NCBI RefSeq assembly: GCF_964204645.1
Contig: NC_134029.1
Location: forward strand, 23,430,950 to 23,494,949
Length of the DNA stretch: 64,000 nt
Reading direction: 5' to 3'
DNA from: Tubulanus polymorphus
Taxonomy: Eukaryota > Animalia > Nemertea
The number at the start of each line of letters is the position of its first letter. Position 1 is the stretch's first letter. Shown one piece after another: positions 51,997 to 64,000 of this stretch. The position numbers were made by a program, and so were the translations under genes. The notes beneath the pieces are model-generated. The model made no database searches. It had not been told where the DNA came from and saw nothing but the letters and a program-made list of their open reading frames with translations.

Positions 51997-54900
51997 GCGG
52001 TTAACTCTAGTCAATTGACTCATAATTGAAGCTAGACTATACAACGGGTTCCACATTATCAACATCTAACAAAGTTTAGGTTTCTACTAATCATTACCAT
52101 CAAATACAAATTTCCGTGGAACAACAAATCGATGTCGGTTCATGATTCTACATCAGTGATAAATCGATACCAATTTGAAACGAAATGCGTCTTTTGAGCG
52201 CCGGAATAGTTCAAGGTCACCGCATAATCGACTTAAAAATAACCGTTTCATTTCGCAGTGAAATAACACACGGATTATAAGGTTGATAGAGAGGGTTTAG
52301 GGGATGAGTTTTGGCAATTTAGTGCATCTGGACAAAGCCATTTAAGGTTGAGGAAATAGTTAATAGTTGTGTTTAGCCTTCGTACGCGTCGCTGCAAAAA
52401 CGAATCGAGTTCCATCGTCGCCAGAACGCTGCAGGCTACACAGGTACTCTCTCTCCGTCGGTCGTGTGAAGTGTATTCCGTTAGGTTTCTGTGCGCTATT
52501 TGAACTCACCGGATTCGCTAATGTGTCTTCGATAAAAGTCCGAATAAAACACGAGGAAAAACACCCGCGAGAGAAGCGAAGCGATCGTCTGAACGAGACG
52601 AGAAGGAACGTTCGAGAAGTTTTGAGTCGTAGCTGTGTAATCCCACGGGTAATACAGCTCTTATATAGACCTACTGCGCGCTGTTATCAATTTCAAATGC
52701 AATTGTAATGAATAAACAATGAAAATGATACGAATACATAAGTAGACACTGATGTATTTACGAAAATACGAAATTTATAATTTTTTAGATTTGACAATTT
52801 CATTGAAAAAATTTCGCTTTATTGCTTTTTATGAAACTTATATCGACGTTAGCAAAATTGTTGATAAATCGTAGGACGTACGAGAGGGTGATACAAAAAT
52901 AGCGATATTCGCAGTATGATTCAAGCATACAAGAAAACGTGTAAATAGAAAAATTGAGCAATTGGTGAGGATGGTGATAGGGTGTCCATTTCGCTGTATA
53001 AGTGAAAGACGAGTCACAAAACACTCGTGATTGTATCGAGATCGTGCTAGGAAAATTGTGAATTGACGGATGTAATTTCAGTTTAATTTTCGAAAGAAAC
53101 TTGTTTGATGAAAGTGAATGAAGAGAAATTTATGGTTGCTGTTTCCTGTCGAGAACAGTCAGAACATATCCCAACAGCGACCGTTTAGTTTGATACGAAA
53201 CATAAGAAATGTCGATATATACAATTAATCTCATTCCCAGGATCAAGATTTACAAAAATTACGAATTCTTCTAAATCCTATTTTTATTTCTATCAAACTC
53301 TGGGCATAGTTTCATTCAGGATGCAAACAATCATAAGCAATTCGCAGTCAATGACAGAAATAAGAAAAATGTTAAAAGTAATCGTACTTTATTTCTAGCT
53401 AGCGCTTTTGGGTCCCGAATGATTAGATTATGAGGTTCGTCTGGCAATTTGAATGTCGACGAATATTGTCATATTCTCGAGTCTATCAGCGCCAAGTCGG
53501 CGCAGTAAATAAGATTAGGACTTTTTTTGAAAACTAAAATTGAAAACCCGACGCTCCTCGGAGGCTTTAGGAAATTTCAAAATTCAACACGAAACGTATT
53601 CAGACGAGAACTTTCTTCAGTTACCCAGAACTGATCGCGAAAGGACTGAACAAAAGAAAAAACGCAATAAATTCATCGAGATTGAATAATCTGTACAGAC
53701 GCCGTGTCCATCCTCGATACAGAATTATCCATCTGGAAAAAAATGAAGCAGGATTCTAATTAATCTAATGTATTTGACGATAGCCGTGTCTACGGTGGAC
53801 CGAGCTTTAATGAAACTATATTGTTTCGAACAATGTTCGATGAAGATTCCCGAAGAATGGGGAACCCGAAACACCATTTATCCCACCAGATGGCGTGACG
53901 AACACCTAGTCTTCGCTGTCAAAAGTACTTCATTTTCCCATCACAGAAGCTATGAAATATACTTTAAATTCCTTTTTCTGCTCAGATATCGGTATAGATT
54001 TCATAATATGTGATCTATTTAAGAAAGAATTTCATCCAGTTTTAGTTGAAATGTAGAAGAAATCGAACGCGGAAGACAGAGTAACTACTAGCGAACCTGG
54101 CGGATCCTCGCCTGCCATACGTGGAATCCTTGATTGCCGCAGGATGTCGCAGGCTTCCCAATGTATGGTATGAATATAGAGCATAAGTTGATATTCTATG
54201 CCGAAAAGATAGTTATTTCATAACTCCTTCTGACTTTAATTTGACATGTTACGCAATCACGGTCTTCGAGTGGGATTGTAAAATATGTAAATAATGTACA
54301 GCACGCGAATAGTTTTGAGAACACCACAAAATGTAACTACTCATCTTTATTCTAAAAAAATGTGCCACATTTCATAAACATTTTCCAGTGCATCAAACAC
54401 GCGGTTTATGAGAGGCTGACATTTGTCATTGCGGTTATTGTCAGTTTTTTTCAAAAGCTTTTATAGCTGAATTTAGCACGCAGTGTTATAAAGCGGCGAA
54501 GTTCTTTTTTCTTCATGTCGAAATGTAAAAAGCGCAGCTAGAAGTAATTGTAAATCACCCGCAACATCGGAATTACCACTTAAAATCTAATCAATTAAAC
54601 AACTACGTCCCGATACGGATAAACCCGATACGAGAGATAAAAATCCGTTAACGTGACACCAAATGTATTGCATGGAATCACCAATAATTGAACGGTAATA
54701 CATGAAACTTCATCCGAATTTGAATAGTAACGAAACCCATCCACCCACAAGCAGGCGCAACAACGTCGCTGTCGAATTAGTACTTCACAGGCTGTCAATT
54801 GATAACCGACTATTGCAAAGTTTCTGGAATTAATGGTTGCGAAAGAAAAACTTTTTAAAATGCACCCACTGATCCATCGAATCCCGAGGCTCCTTATTAA

Positions 54901-56436
54901 TCTGACACTAGAATTATTTCACCGATTCTTTCCACAAATTCTACACCTCGGCGTTCGTCAATTTTGTGATTCTGCCCCGGGTGTCGCTAATCTAAAAACC
55001 CAGACATCCCGCAGGTTACTAGTCGCTCTAGTTGGAAATTTGACCCACCTTTCGTACCGATGATGACCAGTTAAACGACTTGGAAACAACTGCAATGATT
55101 AGACACGTAAAGTGTCCCACCGGTCACATCTAAGACCGCTGCGTAATATTGTATCCTCAACACCACGAATTACCCCCTCGTGCCCTGTGTCAATTACGCA
55201 GTGTAACATTATTACACACGTCGAACCAAAACCATAACGGTCTAAATAAACTATCCGTCGAAAAAAATTTATGTAGATATATACTTCACGGAATCCCAAG
55301 AGAATAGTAATATACTAATCCGATAATACAAATTGGAAGATAATGATCGGTAGTGGGAAAGGCTAATTTGAAACGAGCGAGCGAGTGGGGCGCGTGACCT
55401 GTTACGCGGATCAGAAACGCTGTTGGCTGAATACGTAAAGCAGAAACCGAATTCTGAAGACATTTATTTTCAACCACCTGCAGCGCGAAGAACTCGTTAT
55501 ACAGAAAAAAATGGCGGTGTTATTAGCGTTTTGTAAAATGTCTGGAATTTACAATAGGCGTAATTTAGCAGTGTCGCCTGTGACAGGCAATATGTTATCG
55601 TGTTACACGGCGCGCCGCACGTTACAAAGATACCTCCATCTTCATCTCGCGTATCGTCATCCACGAAACTATAAAAACCCTTCCCGACAGAACGTGAATT
55701 CGATCTCCAGACTGTGATATCGCAGACGAGAAAGAAGTTGTCCGCGCGTGAAACAAGGATATTGAATGATTTTTCTGTAAGGCAAGACGACATTTAGTGC
55801 TTAGATATTAGATATGCTTTTCGAGGTTTTTTGAAGAGAGAATCTCTGAAACAAGTGTCGACCGAGACGAAAGCTTTTATAACTCACTATCCATATATTA
55901 TGAATGGAAATCCATTAACACATAAAGCAATGATCGGTTTTTAAGTAGAAACACCTCCTGACATATCAACCATGGTTAAGCACGAAACCAGGAAAGTATT
56001 ACAGTGCCATTAGCCTGGTTGGGAGCAGTGACCATTTAGTTTGAAGTAAACCTAATAGTGTCAGGTATGTCAAGGTTCGTCTTGAGAAATAAATTATCGC
56101 GAAATTCTAGCCTGACCTGACCTAAAGCCGGGCTAATGTCGACAAGCGACGCGACACCTGCCGACGCAACCGCCATCGCAGCACAGCTTATGTCGACAGC
56201 GCTCCGATTCCCAGCAAATGAGACCGACTAGCCGGAAAGGAGATCCGCCCTGCAGTTGCTTCCCTGTTCATGTCGGTTACGATCACTGGCAACTGCGCCG
56301 ACTTTATTTCTTTGTGTTTGGGGGCTCGATCTCAGATTTCCGGTGGTAGAGACGATCGACTGTCCCGTTGGCGATTTTTCTGCGCTGAGAGCTGATCATT
56401 TCACCGTGACGTCATACTGACACTCGATGGATTCAG

Positions 56437-56636
56437 TCAATTTGGTCCCAGCCAAATTAGCACGTATTAGGTCCGGGTCAAATTTGGCCCGTGCCTAATT
56501 ACGAACGTGCGTAGGGAGCGCGTTCTCGCGCAAACCACTCACTCGATACTTAACAATGCCTAAACAAAGCGAAGTGAGCCACTTCTGGAACCAGTTGCAG
56601 CCCAAATTTGGCCCAGGCCAAAAACGCTCGCGGCTA
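56437..56636. mobile_element. Diverged copy of MITE family B
   Basis: aaatttggcccgtgcctaatt, caaaccactcactcgatacttaacaatgcctaaacaaagcgaagtg and ggccaaaaacgctcgcggct match family B. Confidence 0.7.
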
Positions 56637-59600
56637 ATGCTTTGTTTATAGGAAGAGTTTTGAACAAGGTCATGTTTTTAGTGTACAGAATTGAATGAAA
56701 ATATCAGATTTTCCTCCTCCATTATCCTGGGATATCAAGCAGATGTCCAATAGCCGGAAGATTAGATTATGAGAATCCAGTGAATGTACTGGTCGTAAGG
56801 TACGTGTGACATTCGCGTATGAAGCTAATATACATTACTAGCTTTCCATAATAACAGAGCATTTAGGCGAAGAAGAGAAATGTGGTCCTTATGTTGGGTT
56901 CGCACCACATTGAGCCATCAATCAAGAAGATAAAGTCCGGGAATTAGTCCAGTTTATTACCGGATCACGAATCAATGTTCTCGATAAAAGACGAATAAAA
57001 CTCATAAAAAACCGGGTCACGTAACAACACAACTCGTCTGCGAACTGATGGATGTATACCGAGGTCAAGGCCGCGGGTATCTCGAGGCGGCGGCCATAGC
57101 GCGACCGAATCAAACATCGGTGAATTGTCCACCGCTTTGACTTGTGGTATTTATCAACAGCGATGAAGATTGACCATGATGACCGAGAATGGTCAATCTG
57201 TCCTTCGTCGTTTGTTAACTATCTGTTTTCTACGAACTCGTGTGGCGTAACCGGAGTCGTCGGCGATCGATGGTCATAAATCAAAAAACCAATTCGTCGG
57301 TCTTATATTTCAGATAATTGAGCCGTACCTATGAATGCATAAATAGAAAAATATCGACTGTAAACGTAGCTGTTTATAGTTCACGCGTTTTTGAGAGTCT
57401 ATCGCCGTCACTACCCAATTGTCCCAGTTCGCATCAAGTTCCAATTCATATGATTGTAACTGGAAATGGCACCGCTGAGATGAGGGTGAAATTGTCGAGA
57501 ATTCGCGAGCTACCAAAGTAGCAAGTGAGGTCCTGCTGCAGGCTGCTACATCAAGTGTTTGTACAGAGTGTCTTAATTAATCGTGGCCGCGTATTGTGAG
57601 ACAGTCTGCTCGAGTCGTCATGTTGACACTGCTGCTCATGTGAAATCATCATAAATTAGAAAAGACGATGCATTAATTAGATTTACCTGGATTGGTACGA
57701 CTGCTTCAGGCGTATCCTTCCACAAATACGGGTTGAACAGGTCAGGTATTTCTAGGCTGTTCGATTATACTCGTATTTTTCGGTTATAAACTCGGAATAG
57801 ATTTTCAACCTACATATTTTTGCCCTATATTTTCTTTCATAATCGTGTTTAAAGTTCGGAGGAGCCATCATTATTGTTTTTTCAAACCTAGCCTATCTCC
57901 GAAATTGATCTATTGAAGTTCCATCTTTCGACTGCTCAGTGGGAATCGAATATAATTTCAACAGCATTTGAAGACCTAAAAGTCTCTCGGCGCAACAGGT
58001 GTATACATCAGAAACCCTTGGTAATAGGGAATTATACACAACATGATAAACATTTAATCAAAATTGCACTCTAAGCCGTAATTACACGGATACCTCCAAG
58101 GATATATAGAATAGAATATAAAAAGCAAAGTAACATGAGGAAATTTGAGGAAGATATTGAATATTCTTTTGAAAGGAAGCTATATTGCGAGGTCGGTGCG
58201 GTATACTGAGGCACGCACAAAAGTGTGGAAACAATGTATGTTGTCGTCTTGCATATGAAAACAAACCTTAAGAAGCGGGTATCGCTACTGCTCGCTAAAT
58301 AACAACCGGATCATGTGAATTAGCACTACATCTTTAACGGCGACGAGTTAGTTAAGCAGTCATACCATTAGTAGTCGCAACTCGTGCATTGTCCCCTATC
58401 TTTCTGCGTACAATAAATAGAAAACGGTTTGGTTTTCTTGCTCGCTGACGGTACGGGTAATTCGATTGAACGAGGCCGCGCTACGTTTCACCGTGATTTG
58501 TTTTTGTCATAAATGAAAATTTGTCCCGAATCCTAATTAACCGATTACAAATTGGCGATGTCTTCATTAAACTCGGGGCAAATGCCGAAACAGCAACTTA
58601 GAACAGAGAGGAATCATGACGCAAACACAACTATCGCTTGTATGTTTAAGCTTGACGAACTAGTGTTTGTTTTCATCTCCATTCGATAAAATTCTTCAGC
58701 TATATAACTGTTATCAATGGGTATCATTATTGTTTCGACATGTTTAAAAAAAAATCCATTCAAGTGGAGTTTGCGAACAAATCAGAATAGAGAGGTTTAA
58801 TATGTTGAAACTGAAGATATAAGACCTATCAAAAATGTGTATTCTATCGATAAAATGAAACCATATTAAGGCAATAACAAAGACGCGGCTGCGTTTATTT
58901 AAATCAGAATTTTCCAGGAACTGACGGAGATAATATTGAATAGTGAAATTAGCTGTAACCCCTGCAGAGGTAAGATAAAATGCTGCGAGCTTCTATCCGT
59001 AATCTTTTGTTTGCGAAAGTTCTCTGAAGTGGAATTCAAAGAAGAATATAAACAGGGGAATCAAAACAATGAATGAAACCAAGGCCACGAATCCACGCGC
59101 CACTTAAAATCGTGGATGTGATAAATCCTTCAGGGACGCGAATCCCGATTCGAATAGTACAAACAACAAATAAATCATCTTTTTAAGATTCGCGACAGAT
59201 TAAGGCGAAGTAAACGGTAGAAAATGCCGAAAACAATCGCTCTAGCTCGGATTCGCTTTTTATAAGTGCATTAGTCTTAGCGCGTAGATCAAGCTGACTG
59301 TTCCTCGGTGTAAATCAACTGAGTTTCTATATGTCCAATAAATCAAGCTGCTCGTGACATGAATCGCTAAGTTACAATATGCTAAGTTGAATGATTATAC
59401 ATAGAATTCAAATCCAACAAGCGACGGATCATTCAAAACAATGACTGATCAGTTATTAATAGTCCGGTGCCCGCATCCGAACAGTTCCTGTTGTGTTGTG
59501 TTCCATAGAGTATCGATCAAGTAATTCAATAACGAACGCTCTAAAAGATCGAGCACAATCGAAAATTTAAAAATGAAATCCTCAAAATATTCGACCGCAA

Positions 59601-62600
59601 AAAACAATTATCGTAAATCCGGAATTGATGATGAAAAATTCCCCGAATTCGTTTCTCGATTCAGCGAATGATTCATTGGAAAATAATGTGTATTTGTAAC
59701 AGAGAATAATAGTACGCGTGTAACACGCGAGAATTTGTTTTCTCAGTCGGTTGGAAACTTGTGCGCCGTAGTTTACATATTTATCTGTCTCAAGGTCGTC
59801 GCGTTGCTTCTTGCGATGGTAATGCGTATATTCGGAGCTGCTCTTGTTATAGATATACGGTTTAACAGGTAAGAGAGACTGGGTTTTAACCGACCGTGTT
59901 TGATGTCCTCTTCATCGTCCATTAAAACTACGATTCTATCATCGGCGCATCGTAAGTGTTCTCCGTCCGCTGGTGAATGCTGAGAACACTCCGCTTCCCA
60001 CAGTGGACGATGAATGCACTCGTAGATAAAAAAAAAAGAAATCATCGGTTCGTCCAGACGATTCTAAACTCTCGATCGTGACGTATATGCGATATCAGAT
60101 ACTGATTATTGTTAGAAAAAACCACAGGCTCTATTCATCTTTAGCCCGAGACTTCGACCAAGATTAAAAACCGTTTGCCTCTGCGTATTGTCCATTTCAA
60201 CTAGAATGAACACGACCACAACGACAAAAATTTTTATTTGCATATCTGAGTGGGCGAACCGTTCATTAGATATTCCGTGTACAGTACTGGATCCCTGGTA
60301 CAACGTACCGAGAAGCCTTTGGCATTCCTTATTACGAAACCGACGGCTGAGTATACCGGACCGGAATCCTAACGAGCATTTAGGAAAAATCTTTCATAAT
60401 TAGACAAAAGGTAGTTGTTATATGGGGGATGAGAAAACGCCACGTGTTCGGGATGTCGGATAGTAGTCTCAAGTGAACGGGGCTCAGACCTCGGATTAAA
60501 TTTCGTGAGAATGATTTTCGACGAGTCGTTTCGTCCGAATCGAACTTCAAATTGCACTCGATGCATGCATCTCATGGCGCTAAATGCCGTAAAAATTCAA
60601 ACACACCTGTGAAATTATACACACTTAGCATATTTTCCAATATTTTGTAGCCTACTCGTAACTTGATTCTATCATTCAAATTTTTCATAAGAATTTTGCA
60701 CGTATTGATTTTCGTAACAGTTTCTGCTAGAATGTGTCCAGTTCGAGATGGCGGCTTTTATTTCATCGCCTTAATAAGAATTCATACGCAAAAAAAGCTC
60801 CCAATAAGTCAAGAGAAAAAGCATATAAGTCTGCAAAGTCACGACTGTATGAATGATGGTGGCTTTTACACAATATCCGAAACGTTACAGAATACATTCG
60901 CTTACAACAGAAAATTGCACACTTTTTTCTCCGCGATTTATTGCAGGATTTTCTACTTATTCATCTCGCACGGAAATTGAGTATTTTATCAAGTTATAAT
61001 ACCGGGCTTTAGATTCATGTTCGGTTGTGATTGTGGCTGTTTTAGGTTTTAAATACCGGTATATACGAGCCGATTATTAATGAAACCTTATGGTTTGACG
61101 TTTTCATTTTGACTTGATATTTCCGCAGTAATTGTACAATGCCCGCGAGGCTCGCGCAATTTTTAGGTGGCAACAAATTTGAATACGATAATGTAATTTT
61201 AGCGTATAATTTCGCCGGAAGAATGCACCAAAACCGAGGTACCGATGATTGCACCCGAAGTGATATTTTGCTTCAGAAAAAAATCGCGTGGCATCATCTC
61301 GCCGAATCGACTGTAGCGTTTCAGGCCATCAAATTCATTATCTTTATTTTACCGGGAGGGTATTTGTTAAAAATGATATTTCAATAATCTAGATATTTTT
61401 GCTCATACCGCAACTAATTTTCGGTGACTGGTAATAAAATTACCGATCCAATTTATAAAATAGATTTTCCAATTCGAACACCATCACAATTTCATTTTGA
61501 TCTTTCATCTCGAATTTAAATCAATTTAGATTCGGCTGCATTCCAGGCAATTATACAAGAATCTAAAACAGTCGTTAGTTTGGAAATCAGTTTCGATTTT
61601 TCTGGGTTAACGTTGGCCATTAGCAAAAAGAGGGAAACTGCCGCATTTACACAGAGCGATCCAGAAAATAGCAACAGTCTTTGTTTCCTGTTAGCTCGAT
61701 TGCAGTATAGCAGGTTACCTTGTGTACTCATGTCATTTTACAACCGACTGAGCTCACATCATAGGTGTAATTAATACTAGGAATCCTTTTCTCGGCTGCC
61801 AGTTAATAAGATTGTGCTTTATTGCATTACGTGTGCGGTGATGGAGTTACTTGTCGTTTTAACCCTTATACAATCCGTTTTATTCTCCACCGCCTATTTT
61901 ACCACCAAACGTCGTTTCGCGATTCGTCACGGATTAACCTAATCCGAAGACTTAATCAGACACTGATTATGGATTAACCCGTAAGACCTCGGGAGACACA
62001 GATCTATGTTGTATGTTGACTACTCGTGGGAGTATATATTATACTGTGACACTGTGAATATGAGAACTATCGGCGACGCGGCGGTCTCGGCGTTTACGCG
62101 TCGATTGATGACCGTGACTGATCTACGGCAGAAAGTGAACATCAGACAAACCGTGTGGATTACGGAAACAAATCTCTCCTGTACCAGTTGCTGTTGCGCT
62201 ATTATACGTCCAGTAATTATCACCTACGCGGCTCATACAACAGCTTCACCACTCAGCTACACCGTTATCTTTCCACCATCGATACGCAGCGATATTCATA
62301 TTTTTGAACCCGTTTTTGTAACTAATCTGAATACGGCCACGATCAATTTCTCATTTATTTAGAATGGCGATAAAATGATTGTCGCAATGAATGAATAACG
62401 CTTTGAGTTTGTCGTATCTGTTTTTCTTTTAAATTCTAAGGAAAAATATAAGGGATTACTCGTCGGAAAAGCCAAACACGTTGCGGAAGCGAAGATAGCA
62501 AAACTTATTGATTAATGGTCCGTTCATTTTGAATGGAGCCGCTAAAGATCATGGCGAGAAGGTCGAGTTGGCCTACTTACAGGAATACGTCAACTCTAGT

Positions 62601-63000
62601 GAATAATGGCTACGTTTCCGGCGATAGGTTCACAAGTATTAATACATCTTTGTCACCGAAAAGAAATTCTTGACAAACGACTGCAAAAACTACCCACGAG
62701 TACACGAAATAACCACGGCAAAAATGAGACCGGAAATAGTACAAAAGCTACCATCAGGTCGAGATGACAGGATGCTTACTGATTACTTAACATACATTTC
62801 TTAGGTCGTTATATGTGAAATACCACCAAAAATACTTAAAGCATTAACAGCAAAAGGAAAACTACAATGTATTTCGATGTTAAATCATCATCAAAGTCAA
62901 TGGGACCAATACAAATGTGACCTTCACAGCGAAATTAACGTTATGAAGTGTTGCATGAGTTACATTCAAAATACAGCGTTATCAAGGCCATCGAGTACAT

Positions 63001-63192
63001 TAAGGCGGGTGAAGGTCGACCTGCGACGAGATTGGCGTGCGACAATAGTCTCTGCCAGTTTCGAGAACAGTCTGTCAGTTGCGACAGTGGGTGCATTGCG
63101 TCGCGTTGCTGACAGTTGTAAGGGCACGTAGGCCGCCATTGTCGCTAGCGATGAGGCGCCGGCTGTCGAAGGCCGATCTACGCCCGGCTTTA
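63001..63192. mobile_element. Possible degenerate MITE (GC-rich, gcgac/gtcgc-rich)
   Basis: Imperfect inverted ends taaggcgggtg..ggtcg / cgatctacgcccggcttta. A similar end (taaagccgggc) occurs at about 56123. Confidence 0.35.
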
Positions 63193-64000
63193 CTCAATTT
63201 ATTGGCTGTATAATTCTTAAGATACGGGAGATGTTTTTACTTTTATCAATCGAAATCACTCAATCATCTTCGGCAAGAAAAAAAGAATCCGAATCATAGG
63301 CAATGAGACAATAGATAAATCCGATCATCTCTCATAACATTCTCTCTTCAAATTCAATATACTCAATGATGATGTACGCAGCCTCTGTTTGGTCTAAATA
63401 ATTCTCAAAATGCGTGTATGATTGATTACCCCGGTGAAATAACGGTGTTAATAATGAATAGATGAATTATCCTTGTCGGGCTAAACTTTTTGCTCCAAAC
63501 TGACAGAGATGACTATACGTGATTGATTGAGACGCTTGAAGTCAATTTATTCCGGTGAATTTACACAGAATGTCAGCAACGGCGCACTCGACCAAAAGTC
63601 GTCAAAATCTGTAACGCGTAAAGACATCATAATCAAAAAGCGCCATTTTTTCCAACTTCTGAGATTTAGAAAGAAATCTTCGAAATGAATGATGAGAAAT
63701 AATTCAGCGTATGAATTGAAAACAAGAAAACAAACTTTAAAGCTTATTGACGCCTTGAAAACTAACATGATGTATTATATATTGCTTGATTTTGCCGACA
63801 ATATTATAACATACGCCAATATTCACACCTAATTAATTTGGAACGCCAATATTGGTGACGTAGTTCGCATCGACTCACATACTAACCCTTAAATAACGTA
63901 TAGAATTTACTATACAGAATCCCAAAAACGTTTTCGTCAGCTAGTCGTTTATTCTTAGAAATGCATATTAGAACATAGTCGGAATGTCGAATAAACTACT

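Noticed and set aside
55511-55717. NLAVS motif suggesting GPCR TM2
   Set aside because: It is on the wrong strand for the GPCR, lacks the conserved Asp and has no hydrophobic context.

Overview
AT-rich, intron-rich animal (invertebrate-type) genomic DNA with no prokaryotic operon, CRISPR array or rRNA/tRNA gene that I can support. Two genes face each other tail to tail. (1) On the + strand (about 5.25-32.5 kb) is a mitochondrial calcium uniporter regulator of the MICU2/MICU3 family, most like MICU3. I reconstructed its exons by hand with canonical GT-AG sites and consistent phases; the 5' end with the targeting peptide lies upstream of the window. (2) On the - strand is the large final exon (TM3 end to C-terminus) of a divergent rhodopsin-class neuropeptide receptor (44985-45726); I could not find its 5' exons in the window. 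The most notable unannotated structure is in the MICU3 region right after EF-hand 1. It holds four phase-0/0, stop-free candidate exons about 2 kb apart, each starting with a similar helix-like peptide (LESIFK / LQYLIG / LQFLVS / LSRIFG). This looks like a mutually exclusive exon cluster that swaps the exit helix of the Ca2+-sensing EF-hand, and it is followed by a tandemly duplicated 18-nt microexon (DSTNKE). The MICU3 introns also contain a minimal hammerhead ribozyme motif of the Penelope type flanked by a 13-bp direct repeat, a degenerate second copy, several MITE families, a 44-bp satellite derived from a MITE terminus, a 97-nt hairpin and many microsatellites. All alternative-splicing and ribozyme claims are predictions from sequence only.
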